Assembly (NCBI GenBank): GCA_024704765.1
Contig: JAKMXF010000014.1
Location: forward strand, 35,242-99,241
Origin: Oopsacas minuta
Taxonomy: Eukaryota; Animalia; Porifera
Reading direction: 5' to 3'
DNA length: 64,000 nucleotides
Shown here: in pieces, positions 47,509 through 60,400 of the stretch
How positions within the stretch are numbered: position 1 is the stretch's first letter
Layout of the letters: each line of letters begins with the position of its first letter
Translations under genes and position numbers: made by a program
Notes under the pieces: generated by a model
What the model saw: only the letters and a program-made list of their open reading frames with translations
What the model was told of the DNA's origin: nothing
Database searches by the model: none

Positions 47509-48159
47509 CTGACTTTACTTGATTATTTAGAATTGGTTATTTGTGCTAATTAGTGTGCTAGATATAGACTACTTTGATAGTTCTTATTTTCTTTCAATTA
47601 TCGCGGTTTTCGTTATATAAATACGTTTTCACAGAAATATTTGCTATTTGATTTTAATATAAACAAACATCTATTATGATCACATGTATTGAGTTTGTAT
47701 CTGTCCCAATAACATTACACATAGCATCCCAACTCATATTGTCGAGATGTATTTGATATTTGGATAAAAGATAATTAATAAATTAAGTCTAGAAATGTAT
47801 TCGTAAAAGTAACATGTTTCGAGAAGAAGTTAAAGTATCACTTCTTCTTGCACAACACAATGTACTTATAAGCATTGCAGATCATCTCAGCCCAATGATA
47901 AGAAACGTTTTTCGATTGCGAAACAGCCAAGAAATATCATTTGCACACGTACTAAAACAGCAACAATTCTGAATGCTGCTGGTAATGCGACCTAAAAAGT
48001 CCCAAAAATCAGCCCTTATTTTAAAGAGCAGTTAGTTTCTATAATGCTTGATCATCCATTTTCCATGGCTATCGATGGTGGTCATGATTCTGGGTTAATA
48101 AAAATTAGCGCAAAATACCCCAGTATGCCAAAAATCAGCCCTGGGGGTCCTCCAGTCTT

Positions 48160-48458
48160 AGTTACCCCTTGCGTTTTGAGCAAGCCTATACTTTTACTTT
48201 GAGATTTGGATATTATGTTTTACTTTATATTCATAAAAAAACATTTACTGAATAATCCAAAAGTGTGAAAATCCGATTCAGCATGTTCGATATATTTAGT
48301 GAAGTTATATTGACTCCTATTTATTCCTTGATAAACACGATAAATAGTTATGCGACAATTTCAAAATTGGATTCCGTAAATCCTTTCCTTGACAACGGAC
48401 AAACAAACAAACAAACAATCAAACAATCATTGAGATTTAATAATACTAGATTATACAC
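48160..48458 (+). mobile_element. 3' part of the dispersed Helitron/Helentron-like family
   Basis: Colinear with 62715-62960; ends with an (aaac)n microsatellite then aatcattgagatttaataatactag. Confidence 0.55.
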
Positions 48459-48534
48459 ATAAGCGTGTATTATTATTTTAAAACTTTCTATAACATCCAT
48501 ATGTTGCATTGGATTTCAGTTTCTTAATCAAGTA

Positions 48535-48635
48535 CAGTGGAACCTCGTTAATACGAACGCCATCGGACGATCAAATTTTGTTCGCCTTGTCCGGAAATTC
48601 ATATTAAACGTGTTCGTATTAACGAGGTTCCACTG
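48535..48635. mobile_element. pogo/Tigger-like MITE, 101 bp
   Basis: Perfect 24-bp TIR cagtggaacctcgttaatacgaac ... gttcgtattaacgaggttccactg; TA on the left flank. Confidence 0.85.
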
Positions 48636-48877
48636 AAATTGAACATTTTTCATTGTGACAGGTTTCCTAGATTTGGATAATATCCCAAGCTAATACAGTG
48701 AAACTTGAGACGGGTGATGCACATATCAAAGTCATTCATCAGGCCCCGATGCTATCATTGATAATATAATGAATGTATTTGGCTCTGTTTATCCTCAGTA
48801 TTTAGCATTCCATATTTAAAATTTAAAACATGTAAACATATACAAACATTACACTGTATTACAATATTATTAATCAA

Positions 48878-49312
48878 TCAATAGTATTCATAGTGTTGTA
48901 TTTGACCCAGGGTATTAAAATAATTATAATGATAACGCCACTCATATCCTTCATAGAACTGTATTTCCCTTAATAAATTCAGTTCCTCTTCTTTCAACTC
49001 GTCTCTATCTTTCTCCAGCCTTTCGATCTCTTTTACATATCTTAATTCTTCCTTCTTCTTTTTATCGTTAAATCTCTTGGATGATAATCTATTCTTCTCC
49101 AAATATCTCATAATTTTTATACATTCAATTGATTTCTTACTAACTTTTCTATCTCTCTCAAGTTTCCTAATAATGTTTAAATACATTTTCTTGTTAAAAT
49201 GATCAATCCTCTCTCTTATGATATCAGAATTCTTTAATTCTATTTTATTGCTATTAGTCATATATTCTTCGTATATTTCATCTTTCAGTATATATTTCAG
49301 ATAATTATCCAT
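48878..49312 (-). CDS. Divergent bZIP-like protein, copy 1
   Basis: First ATG at 49312 (the ORF track starts at a TTG at 49360). Basic region YLEKNRLSSKRFNDKKKK followed by a heptad Y-L-L-L-Y zipper. The true 5' end is uncertain. Confidence 0.6.
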   Translation of the reverse strand: MDNYLKYILKDEIYEEYMTNSNKIELKNSDIIRERIDHFNKKMYLNIIRKLERDRKVSKKSIECIKIMRYLEKNRLSSKRFNDKKKKEELRYVKEIERLEKDRDELKEEELNLLREIQFYEGYEWRYHYNYFNTLGQIQHYEYY

Positions 49313-51099
49313 TAGTGCTAAATATTCTTTGTTGTGATTGTTTGTTAATTCAGAGTTCAAATCAACTCTTTTTATAGTATTGAGTTTATACCCCCCCGGA
49401 AACGAGAATTAATCAAGTACTGAAGAGTTTATTCCCTTGTACGTTGTTCGAGTTAGATGTCCCTTGTAATTAATAGGTAATGATGTCATAATATTAGAAT
49501 CGTATTTCAATTTGTACCCACATTGTTATTCATATTGAATTTCTCTAAGCAGTGAAATTAATTAGTTTGTAACTAAATACTCCAACAACCAGATGACTTT
49601 ATTTTGAGGAGTTTTGGGTCTTTCACGAACTATTCAGAATAGATAAACAATCAATCAACAGTTATAGAAATTGTTTAAAGAATATTTGTGTTGCAGTCTG
49701 AATATACATCAGTAGGATATACCCTGGTCAGGGCCGCCAAGAGGGGGGCAATTGCCCTAGGGCCCGGGAAGTTAGGGGGATCACATGGACTATATTCGCA
49801 GTGATAGAATAATGGATAAATCTGTAAAATAATAGCGGGAAAATAGAGATCGAATTGTTTCAACTCGTTTGTATGCATGCATACTCGTACTAACACATAT
49901 TTAGGATATTGTATAGTAGTATATTTGTAGATTGAATATTACTGGTTCAGTCGACAGACTGAGAATCAGCCCGTGTCATTTACCTGTTTTTTTAAGGGGA
50001 TTACGCCTCCCATCGACCGCGAATTAATTTCGGTCCCTGTGTCTGAGCATGATTTCAGGTTAATATACAATGCCTAGCGGCTAAATACAACAATCAGGGC
50101 TATAAGGTAGTAATACGTAGAGCAAATCCAACAAAATATCTGACCTTACGACACAAATTACGCTGTAAAAGATCTTACACAACCAGGGGTGTATTGCTAA
50201 GTATAAAAGTAAGGGAACATTCCCCTACACTAAATTTGTTGAAGGGGAGTGTTCCTTATGTTGTATAATCGTCCTCTTTTGATATCCTAGTTTTCCAGGC
50301 TTATCTACATCAACATCTTATGAAATACAAGATATTTGCACTAATTTTGGAAAATTCACAGTAAAAACGTGGATGCCATCATATTTAGTACTTTTTAGCT
50401 GAAACTCGAAGGAACATAAGCATTTACACCCCCCCATACACCCCTGAACACAACTCCAAGCAGGGCTGTATCCACGCTAATCCAACCGAAATCTGTTCAG
50501 GCAACTCTAATAGTCAATATTCCCTTGGGTATAATCTGTCCTAGGGCAGATTATACCCAGTATATTATAATGGGAAATCTTCTGTAAATCCGTTATTCTG
50601 TAAATAATACTTATAAATGTTGTGTAATTGTTTACTCATTCTTGAGATTTGTGAAAATCCCCAACCCACTAAAACTGTTGAGTCAATACTCAACAGAGAG
50701 TAATTACGTAACTACATACAGCAAGAATGTAATAATATTCAGTTATTGCTGAAATATGATTCTATATTTATTGAATAAACTGGCTAGAATATGTGTTAGG
50801 TTATACAAATAATGTATTATTTATTAAGTCGTAGCTATAGACATATGTAGATTATTAGGGTAATTTCTCCAAATTATACATTATACAATAAATATCGAGT
50901 AGCATCAAATATGATCAGAATTATCGTCCCATCAATAGCAATATAACGAAAATAAAAGAGTCGTTCATTCAAACGAATATTCAGAAGGGAAAATTCTAAA
51001 TTCACATTTCCTGAGAAGGAATATAAACTCAATACTACAAAAAGAGTTGATTTGAACTCTGAATTAACAAACAATCACAACAAAGAATATTTAGCACTA

Positions 51100-51534
51100 A
51101 TGGATAATTATCTGAAATATATACTGAAAGATGAAATATACGAAGAATATATGACTAATAGCAATAAAATAGAATTAAAGAATTCTGATATCATAAGAGA
51201 GAGGATTGATCATTTTAACAAGAAAATGTATTTAAACATTATTAGGAAACTTGAGAGAGATAGAAAAGTTAGTAAGAAATCAATTGAATGTATAAAAATT
51301 ATGAGATATTTGGAGAAGAATAGATTATCATCCAAGAGATTTAACGATAAAAAGAAGAAGGAAGAATTAAGATATGTAAAAGAGATCGAAAGGCTGGAGA
51401 AAGATAGAGACGAGTTGAAAGAAGAGGAACTGAATTTATTAAGGGAAATACAGTTCTATGAAGGATATGAGTGGCGTTATCATTATAATTATTTTAATAC
51501 CCTGGGTCAAATACAACACTATGAATACTATTGA
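51100..51534 (+). CDS. Divergent bZIP-like protein, copy 2 (identical to copy 1)
   Basis: Same translation as 48878-49312; the frame is open upstream to 50956, so an upstream exon is possible. Confidence 0.6.
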   Translation: MDNYLKYILKDEIYEEYMTNSNKIELKNSDIIRERIDHFNKKMYLNIIRKLERDRKVSKKSIECIKIMRYLEKNRLSSKRFNDKKKKEELRYVKEIERLEKDRDELKEEELNLLREIQFYEGYEWRYHYNYFNTLGQIQHYEYY

Positions 51535-51662
51535 TTGATTAATAATATTGTAATACTGTATGTAATACAGTGTAATGTTTGTATATGTTTACATGACTAA
51601 TATATTAAGAATAAACAAGGCCAAATATCTTCAATATATTATTAATGATAACTTCGGGAGGT

Positions 51663-51713
51663 GATGAATGAATTTGATATGTGCATCTCCCGTACATATC
51701 AAATTCATTCATC
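51663..51713. repeat. Perfect hairpin, 20-bp stem and 11-nt loop
   Basis: gatgaatgaatttgatatgt - gcatctcccgt - acatatcaaattcattcatc. Confidence 0.9.
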
Positions 51714-51985
51714 GGGTCCCAGATAGTGGGAAATTATCTCACTTCCTTTATATTACCAAGTTTGCAACGGAATAGTTCAATATTCGGTTCAACCGAATAT
51801 TATTTGGCGAATAGTTAGGTCTAGGTATTCGATTGGCCCAAACCGAATATCGTCAGTATTCGGTTAGGCTACCATACATAAATACTGGTATTGGGCTTAC
51901 CTATTATATAATGCAACGTCTTTATTTCAAAAATACAAAGATAATCAATTCAGTTCATTTACAAAGAACTCAACCATATAATCTA

Positions 51986-53137
51986 CTAAATGAGAATGCA
52001 GCGCCCTCTACGATTAACACGAGATCTAAATGCAATAGCCACTCTCATTGCTTCTTCAAATACTTGTGTAACTCCTATCTGTGTAAGAGCAGAACATTCA
52101 AAGTAACTAACAGCTCCAATATCTCTCATCATCTCCACACCCTGTGAGTAACTGATTGGAGCAAACTTCTCATTTTCCAGAAGGGTGGTTATCTCTCCGT
52201 CATCTCTCAGGTCTAGCTTAGTCCCCACAAGGATTTTAGGAGTATGAGGACAATAGTACATAACCTCAGGATTCCATTTTACTTTAACATTCTCAAAAGA
52301 GATATGATTTATTAGTGAAAATAAAATTAGTAAAACGTCTGTCTCTCGATATGATAACGGTTTCAGACGATAGGAATTTTCATGATCTTAAAGTGAACAT
52401 ATTCAAATATAAACTATGATAATTTGACTATTAATTAAGTGTTCTAAGTTCTAACCCACCAAAGGTATCCCAAAAAGAAAGACTAACATCTATTCCATCT
52501 ATGGTGTAATCTTCAACTCCCGACCAAAATCTAAGAAAATTCATATACAACTATACGTACAATTTTTCGAGGAGAAATAGAATCATAAATAGGTAACAAG
52601 AAATTTATCGTAGTCCACTTACGCAGGAGTATTGTCAGATGGGAATTTCTTGGTTGTGTAACTGATGAGCAGGGAAGATTTACCTACATCACTGTAAATA
52701 CAAACGAAAATGACAAGAAGACTACTGTAGATCTGAAACTTTAGTTGTATCATTACACGAAATAGTCGTGACCCATGCGCGTACCAGGCCATGTTTTGGG
52801 CCGGTTATTTCCAAGTAAGACAATTACTATTGCAAATACAATATTTTAACGGTAGTACAACTATGATAATCTTATTGGCTTCAACCCTGACCCTGTGCTA
52901 TGTAGTCCTGAAAAACACAAATCCTCGACCACCAAAATACAGTATGTATATATAGGGATAGCGGAGCCGGTACGGCAAGACTGTACAAACTTTGTGTATT
53001 CTCCCTTATATTTAGTTGTCGTCGGAACTCGCCAGACCTCTCACGGTACCAATATATATATTTTTCCAGATTTTCGGTAACGGTATTATTCATTTCGTGA
53101 CATACCTATCTCCAACTATGCAACTTTTTATATTCAT
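51986..53137 (-). CDS. Atypical Rac/Cdc42-like Rho GTPase, 4 exons, 190 aa
   Basis: Exons 53137-53106, 52691-52623, 52530-52460 and 52386-51986 (573 nt, all GT-AG). Protein MNIKSCIVGDSDVGKSSLLISYTT...WDTFDHENSYRLKPLSY.ETDV...LVGTKLDLR...ECSALTQ...RRGRCILI (CAAX). Confidence 0.85.
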
Positions 53138-54474
53138 TACTTGATTGTAGTTGATGTGTGCAGATTGTGGAATCCTAAACCTGTTAAGAAAGAGAAAAAA
53201 TAGATATTTACTGAATGTACCAAGTCTCAAAATCGTTCTCACCCAAAGGGCATTAAAGTAATTATCTACGTCAGCGAGTGTCACCCAGGCCCGCTGAAAC
53301 AAGTTTTTGGGGCCAGAGAAGACCGAATTTGTAGTTACCAAATTTTTCTACCTTGACAATAAATCTCAATTTCGTATTTTGCATAGAGCATTAATCGTTC
53401 CTCATTTTTTGGAGCGAGGTCTCGCTCCGCGGTCCCGCCTTGCAAAGGAACAGTACTCCTACCTTCCCTCCTTACTGAGAAAAAGAGCGCGCTCCTTCAA
53501 AAATGGAGTTGCAGTGCATACAAAAAATGTGTCAAATACGTATAAGCGTGATTACGTAGGTCAGGGTATAAGTAAATTTACATACGGGTTACAACCAAAA
53601 GAACAAATAGTAAGAAGAGTTGAAATTATGTTAATAAATTTGTCTATTTGATTACACAACCAAAGCGACGTAAGCAGACAGACAAGATGAACTTATAGCT
53701 AATATTTACAATTTTACAATATAGACAAAGATGTGAAACAGTAGAAGATTTATATATCAAAGGTACATATCTACACGCCAAAATGTATTCAAATGCCAAT
53801 TTTTTCAATCGGACTACTAGATTTCTCAGGAACGCAGGTACGGAGTTAAGCAAGTCGTACATCCTACATGCCAATAGAGAATCTGTCACGGTTTAACTGG
53901 TCCGGCCCCTGTAGTAGCCCCAGAATATCCTCGGGTATGTCTGGGCTTGTCTACTTCTTACCTAAGTATATTTGAGGACGTGGTATAATCTCGGCAGTTA
54001 CACAGGACCAGTTGTGGTCGCTATTACTGGTTTACCATTTGCAGAACGATCTTTCAGGATCAGCATTGGCGCCCACTAAACTACCAGTGAGTTATTTATG
54101 TCTATGCTTAAGTTCTAAGCCTAATAACGGAATGAACCTCCGGTAAGAGACCTCCCATTTAGCCGGACCAGTTATGGCCAGAGGGGACCAGCTATGGATG
54201 CTACACCTGGTCCCGAACGATTTGTGGCATCCATAACTGGTCCGACCGGAATATTACAGGTGTTATACTAAAAATTATACATTATGCATTGAAAGGTATT
54301 GAAAGCTCAATTAAGATATATTTACACACAAATATGACTCCAAAAACAGTAAATAGATACAAACTATTCATACAAATGTAAAATCTACAAACTATCGGGG
54401 AAATTAATACAATGTTATTAAAATCAGTAATATGAAGTTGGGGTGGTAAGAAAGGTATTCTTTACAGATTTTCT

Positions 54475-57400
54475 TTAGATTGCTTCATACGGATTATAAG
54501 GTGTACTACCGTATACTGGGTTATTCGAGATATGGTCAGATTCATTCTGTACACTTTCATCTTGGAAGAACAGCATATTAGTTCCGTATACTGGATTAGT
54601 GTTGACATCAATTACCAACCTAGTATTACTTACATCTTCATACATCGGGGGTGGATGATCTGGGATATCACTCGCATCACAATATATATTCGCCTTGTGA
54701 GTTGCTCCAAAAGCCCATTGTTTCTTTGATTTGGGTTCCTCAAAAATAGGAGCACCTTTTTTCATTGTATCCAAATCAGAATAGACACTCTCTTCAGTTT
54801 GAAACATGGATTGCTCAAAACCTAGAAATTAAATTCATACTCTTAACTTTTGAGGTTAATAATACTTCATAAACAGAAGCACATACGTGTATATATACTG
54901 TTTAACACCTAAAATGAAGTTTTTCCAAATGCTATTGAGAAATACTCACCAAAATTCGATGCTCCCTCAACGTCTAATTCCTTGGTCTTAACTCTCTCCA
55001 TTGTACTCTTTTCTCCAGCTGTTTTTCTGAACTTGCTACTCACTTGAGAACTACTTGTCGCTGAGGAGGACAAAGTACCACGAGTGCCAGTGGATGGATG
55101 TGTTGGTACTCCAATAGTCTTTCGTTTCTTTAGAATTCCATGAACTTCCCTATTTCTCAACACAACCACAAGCAAGAAAACCAAACCCATAAGACCGTTC
55201 AGAAATACAAATATATACTGGAGTGCTATGTGTCTGATTGTGATGTTAAGGAGTAGAAATAACCACGGGATTCCTAATACCGGAGTTAGTACCAGAGCAG
55301 TGATGAGTGCATCTTTCACTATATTTTTGTGTTCATTGTTTTTGTTTGCACATTTGGCATAAACAATCTTTATAATGGCTATCACAAGTAAGACTGCATT
55401 CACACTCAATATAATTAGTATTGGAGCGATGAATGCCCAAATGACTCCATCTTTATTGAGAAAGCAATGATCAGACTCATTTACATAATAGGAATGTGTA
55501 ATGCTAATGGTTATGGTTGGAATAACTAGTGGAAACAGCCAACCAAACACTATGAGATATGGATATATCTTCTTGGTAGACATCACACCTATAAAAGGAT
55601 AGTTTATACCAGTATCAGTTGATATAAACAGGCTCTAAGAACATTTTTCTAGAACTTTGTGACCATCTATATGATTTTTTGCCGGTTACAAGAACCATAT
55701 CTAGACAAACATTGTATCACGTTAAGTACAACCTTCTAGAAATATTTGTATAATTCACCCAATGATATATAGACTCTATTACTGGTTATATTAACATGTA
55801 GACAGATAGCTTAACTCACTTATAACAAGCTTGAACATTATCAATATTCCGAAACACAGTGTCCAAGTGAAAACTGCAAGCCATGTGTAGTGAAGCATGA
55901 AAGCTATGATCATACAAAGAATTCTATTGAATGTTCCTGTATCTATGCCAAACAAGAATATTCCAGTAGCTAACAGCATAGCAATACAGTAGTTGAAGTA
56001 AATGATGTTTGTCTCTACTTTGAAGAAAGCTTTCCCAGCAATGCAAAATAGGATAAATGATATTATTAGAGATATGAAGGAGACTAAAACTAGAATGTAG
56101 CTGAAGGAATCGAGTATAACTGCTGCTGTATCAGCTTGGGTATCGTATGGAGTAACGAAAACGGCGAAGCTCGTGAAATGGAATGATTGGCATAATGTCA
56201 CTTCAGCTGATTCTTTAACTGTGGTGAGACCGTCAGATACCCAGTTATCCCCATTCAAATATACACATTTATAATTGGAACCTTCAGAACTTGAATTTAC
56301 ATCAAAAGCCAATGTAACCTGTAAATTATATTTTGTATAAATCTCCCTATTACAAAAATTGTTAGTTAATATTTCTTGAATATTAGTTGTAAAAACAGTT
56401 AATAGTTATTCCATTGTAAAAATTAGAGTAGCAATTACCTGGGAACTTAAGTTAACCTTTCCAGTTATCCCTACTATTGTAATTGATAGAATATCACTTG
56501 CTTGATAAGATTGTCCATCATTGGGTGTATTAGCCTGCTGATCATGATATACTATTGATGTACTGATCTAGAGAGAGTAATCAATAAGTAAACTACATAA
56601 CTCAACCATGCCATGGGGCAAATTTATCTACACGGAGTGAGAAATGAAGAATTCTAACTAGATATTCACTAAAGGAAAGTATAAAGAATATATTTTCACA
56701 TTTGGCCACTACTATCTATATGATAAAAGCAGAGGTGTATTTCTAAGTATAAAACTATGGGAACGCTCCAAAGCACTGCCCCCCCCCCCCTCCTCCACTA
56801 AATTTGCGCCTCTTATGTAGTTTAACCGGTGCCTTTTTGATGTCCTAGTTTCAGGCCTTCATCTGGATATCTGGATGGTGATTATTCCGTATTTATTATT
56901 GCGCCAAAATTCAAAATTTCAAAATCCAATTTATTATCATTTGACACTAATTGATGCATGGCCGAGAGAAATATTGCAAAACTCATAGCACTTTAGTATC
57001 TCGACAAAGGTCATTATAATTTTCCGCTGTTTGTCAATTCGATGGGCGTTGTGCTGAATATATTCCGTCCCGGAGTTTTACCTGCCTGTATAGATAGGCT
57101 AATTCTAAGGCACAAAGTGCACTAGTCACTTGTAGTTGCTGCTTATATTTTCGTAATATTTTAGCTTGAACTATTCCCAATTTCCCATCTTATAACAATT
57201 TCCACACTCCTTCTTATCTTTTAGCCCCTCGTTTTTTTTTAACTTGCTTTCGACGTCCGCGGAATACGCTAAAATTACTTACCGCCAATCTTCCATTAAT
57301 TGCCAATTCTTGAGCAACATCAATTGGGAGTTTTAGTGAAACTGGATTATCATCACCTGTTGTTACAGGTAGATCGATTATCTCTTCAGAATCTGTACTA

Positions 57401-60400
57401 TTTGTCAAATCAACCACCTGACTTATAACAAGTAGATTTTCAGATTTTACAGTTATTACTCCATCTCCAGGATTCTCTAATAGTTGCTCACTAAGACGAG
57501 TTGCTAACTTTTCTAACGTTACTAATGCGATGACAGTAGCTGTTGATGCAGTAGAAACACTTCCAGCCTCCTGAACGCAGTAAATATAAATAGTAACCGA
57601 TTATAAATACGCATATCAATACTCATTGGTTTTTGGCTTTATTTGGTCTATCGGTCAGGTTGGTTGTACCCCCCCAACGGAGCCACTGGACCAAAGTATA
57701 CAAGGATCAGCCAGTCCGAAAATACAATCATTAAACTCAAATCTTTAATATATATTAAACGAAAAATAGTTTGTAAACGAACGCGTATTAGGTAATCGGT
57801 ATACAGTTGTATGCTTTGAATGTTAAAAATCTAAAACTAAACTATGTGCTTAAGGCAAAAAATATTTGTGATGGATCACAGCTCATCATCCTCAATTACA
57901 ACCCATACTGTTATCAAGGAAGACTTAAGACTACATTTTAATAGGGTTTATGGATTTGAGTGCAGAACTTAAGCCTAATCTGACTGTGTGTATGTGCCAT
58001 CGGGTATTATACGGTTAAACTGAATCTAGTTGTTTGTATGTTTGTATTGATTCGTAAAGCGATTCTAATACTACAAATTGATTGGCATAGGATAGGAGAA
58101 AATACGAATCATGTTTGCAAGGCAAGTAAGGTAAGTGTTTGCGAACGATACAGCGGAAGTGTTTCGAAGCTTGTTAGTATAAATAATCTAGTTTACTTAC
58201 CGTGTCAGGTTGTTCTAATTCATTGGCGGTGGTAATAACAGTACCCAAAGTATTAGTTATAGCCATCGTTGTTTCCTCGCTAAGTGTTCCTTCCGTTTTA
58301 TCAATAATCTGTTCCAGTATCATTGAGGTGGTTTCGAGTGCGTCCTCATCTACCATACCATCATCTAAACTAATTTCTACTGTTTCTTGCAGATTGCTAA
58401 TAAGGATGTTTGCAGATTCTTCTGTAATGGCTTCAGAATTATTAAGTTCATTCATTATACCAGCGAATACATCTTCTATCTCAATATCAGGAACATCATA
58501 GGTTACTGTGGTAATGGCTATTCCAACTGAATTCATTGCAACACAAGAGAATACAGTAACAATACCTATGAGATCTTCTGCGGTTATCGTCAGTGTTGAA
58601 GTTGACCCAATACGATCTTCAATATCTGTCGTAATGCTCCAATACACTTCTGGTTTTGGAATTCCTTCAGCAGTGCATTCATATGTATCACTTTCTATTG
58701 GTACCATTGTAACAGTAATTTCTTCAGTTGGTGACATAATATATGGCATTGTCATAACATTATATGTAAGTGTAACATAATCCATCCCTACTACACTCAC
58801 TGCAACACAGTAGAATACATTGACAGGTTCAGTGAGTAGAGTAGAGTCTAGCATAAGAAATGAATCAGACCCAATTTGATCTTCAATATTGGTAGTAGTA
58901 CTCCAGTATACTTCTGGTACTGGGTTTCCTTCACCAATACATTCCAAAGTTTCAGAGTAATCGTCAAGGCTATTTAAAGTTTCTCCAATGTCCTGAATTG
59001 GAGATGTTATTACAGGCATAATCTCTAGAAAATGCAACTACGAATAATTTGTTCACGTATAGATAACATATAAAATAATATAAATACAAGCCTAAGCATG
59101 AAAACAGAGATACTCAAAAGCAGACAACAGTGACGGTCCCAGGGGGAGCAAGCGGGGTATTTGACCAGAATTTGAAAATCCTGACCCTGGGTAAGCAACC
59201 CTGACACAGCCCCTGCAGCCAGACAGACAGAAAATAATTGAGCATAAATAACATTGATTAGAAGTCAAGCAAATCAATGGAGTAATTACCTGTTTCCATT
59301 ATAGCTGTATACATTTTGCTCAAACCTCCATTCTCAGTGACTTCACAACTGTAAGAACCTGGTTGAGTAGTGACAACCTGTATAGTACTAACTCCTGTAC
59401 TAGCATCAGTTGTAGAGGCGAGATCAGTTCTGATAACAGCTAGATCTACATAACTCCACATCACTTCTGGTGTATTCATATTCTCTGTAACACAGTAAAG
59501 AGTAGTGTCTGTTATTAGAATAGCATTGTCTGAAAGTGGTGATGGTGTTGATCCAATCATTTCACCAAATACGTTCACTAAGGAAATATTTTAAGAAATG
59601 AATGCATGCTATGCAAATGTGAATCTATTTCGTCAAGTATCAATTCAGGATTGTAAGAAAAGTGAAGTAATAAGTTGATATATGAGTAACAATCAATTTT
59701 CAGAAAGATCATTGTAATGTTCAAGAGTTATGTTTATACAATACAAATTATAATTATCTAACTATACTCTTACCGTGAGTACTACAGAAGTAGCACGTCA
59801 GAATGTCGGCGCATTCTTGATCATTCCAATTTGGATTTCCATAAGTGTGTACACAATCTTCATCACCCAAGTTATTGGGTTCGCCAGGGGCCCAATTCCT
59901 ATATATACTATCACTACCATCAGCCCAAATATATGTCCCTTCACCATTTATGTCATTTAGTCCTATCCAACAACTAGTTGAACCAGTTAATGTACCATAC
60001 ATCAATGTATTCTCTTCTGTGGATATTACTGTAGCTAGGTCATAACCACTTGAAACACACTGTACTCTAGCATCTGTCCAGTTAACACCAGTGCTAGTGA
60101 AATAACTGAAACATGTCCCTTCATTTGATATTGCATCACAACCAGTTGTTGGCACTACAGTTTAACATGAATAACCGTATTATAGGAAGACATTTTCCAT
60201 GCACCATTACATTCATCACACAGGACAACAGACAACAAATAGACACAAACTTACCTGTATACTCGTTTGTATCTGTCATTATTGCTGTATACATTCTACT
60301 AGTTCCTCCATCCTCAGTGACTTCACAACTGTAAGAACCTGGTTGAGTAGTGACAACCTGTATAGTACTAACTCCTGTACTAGCATCAGTTGTAGCAGTG

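Larger units (their letters stand above)
48710..51693. repeat. Large inverted duplication: arms about 48710-49390 and 51022-51693, spacer about 1.6 kb
   Basis: The arms are reverse complements; the coding portion is identical by eye and the 3' flanks diverge progressively. Confidence 0.95.

Noticed and set aside
57214-57282. Basic NLS-like tail RGRRKQVKKKRGAKR in the ORF track
   Set aside because: It lies after a strong GTAAGT donor at 57282 and is intronic read-through.
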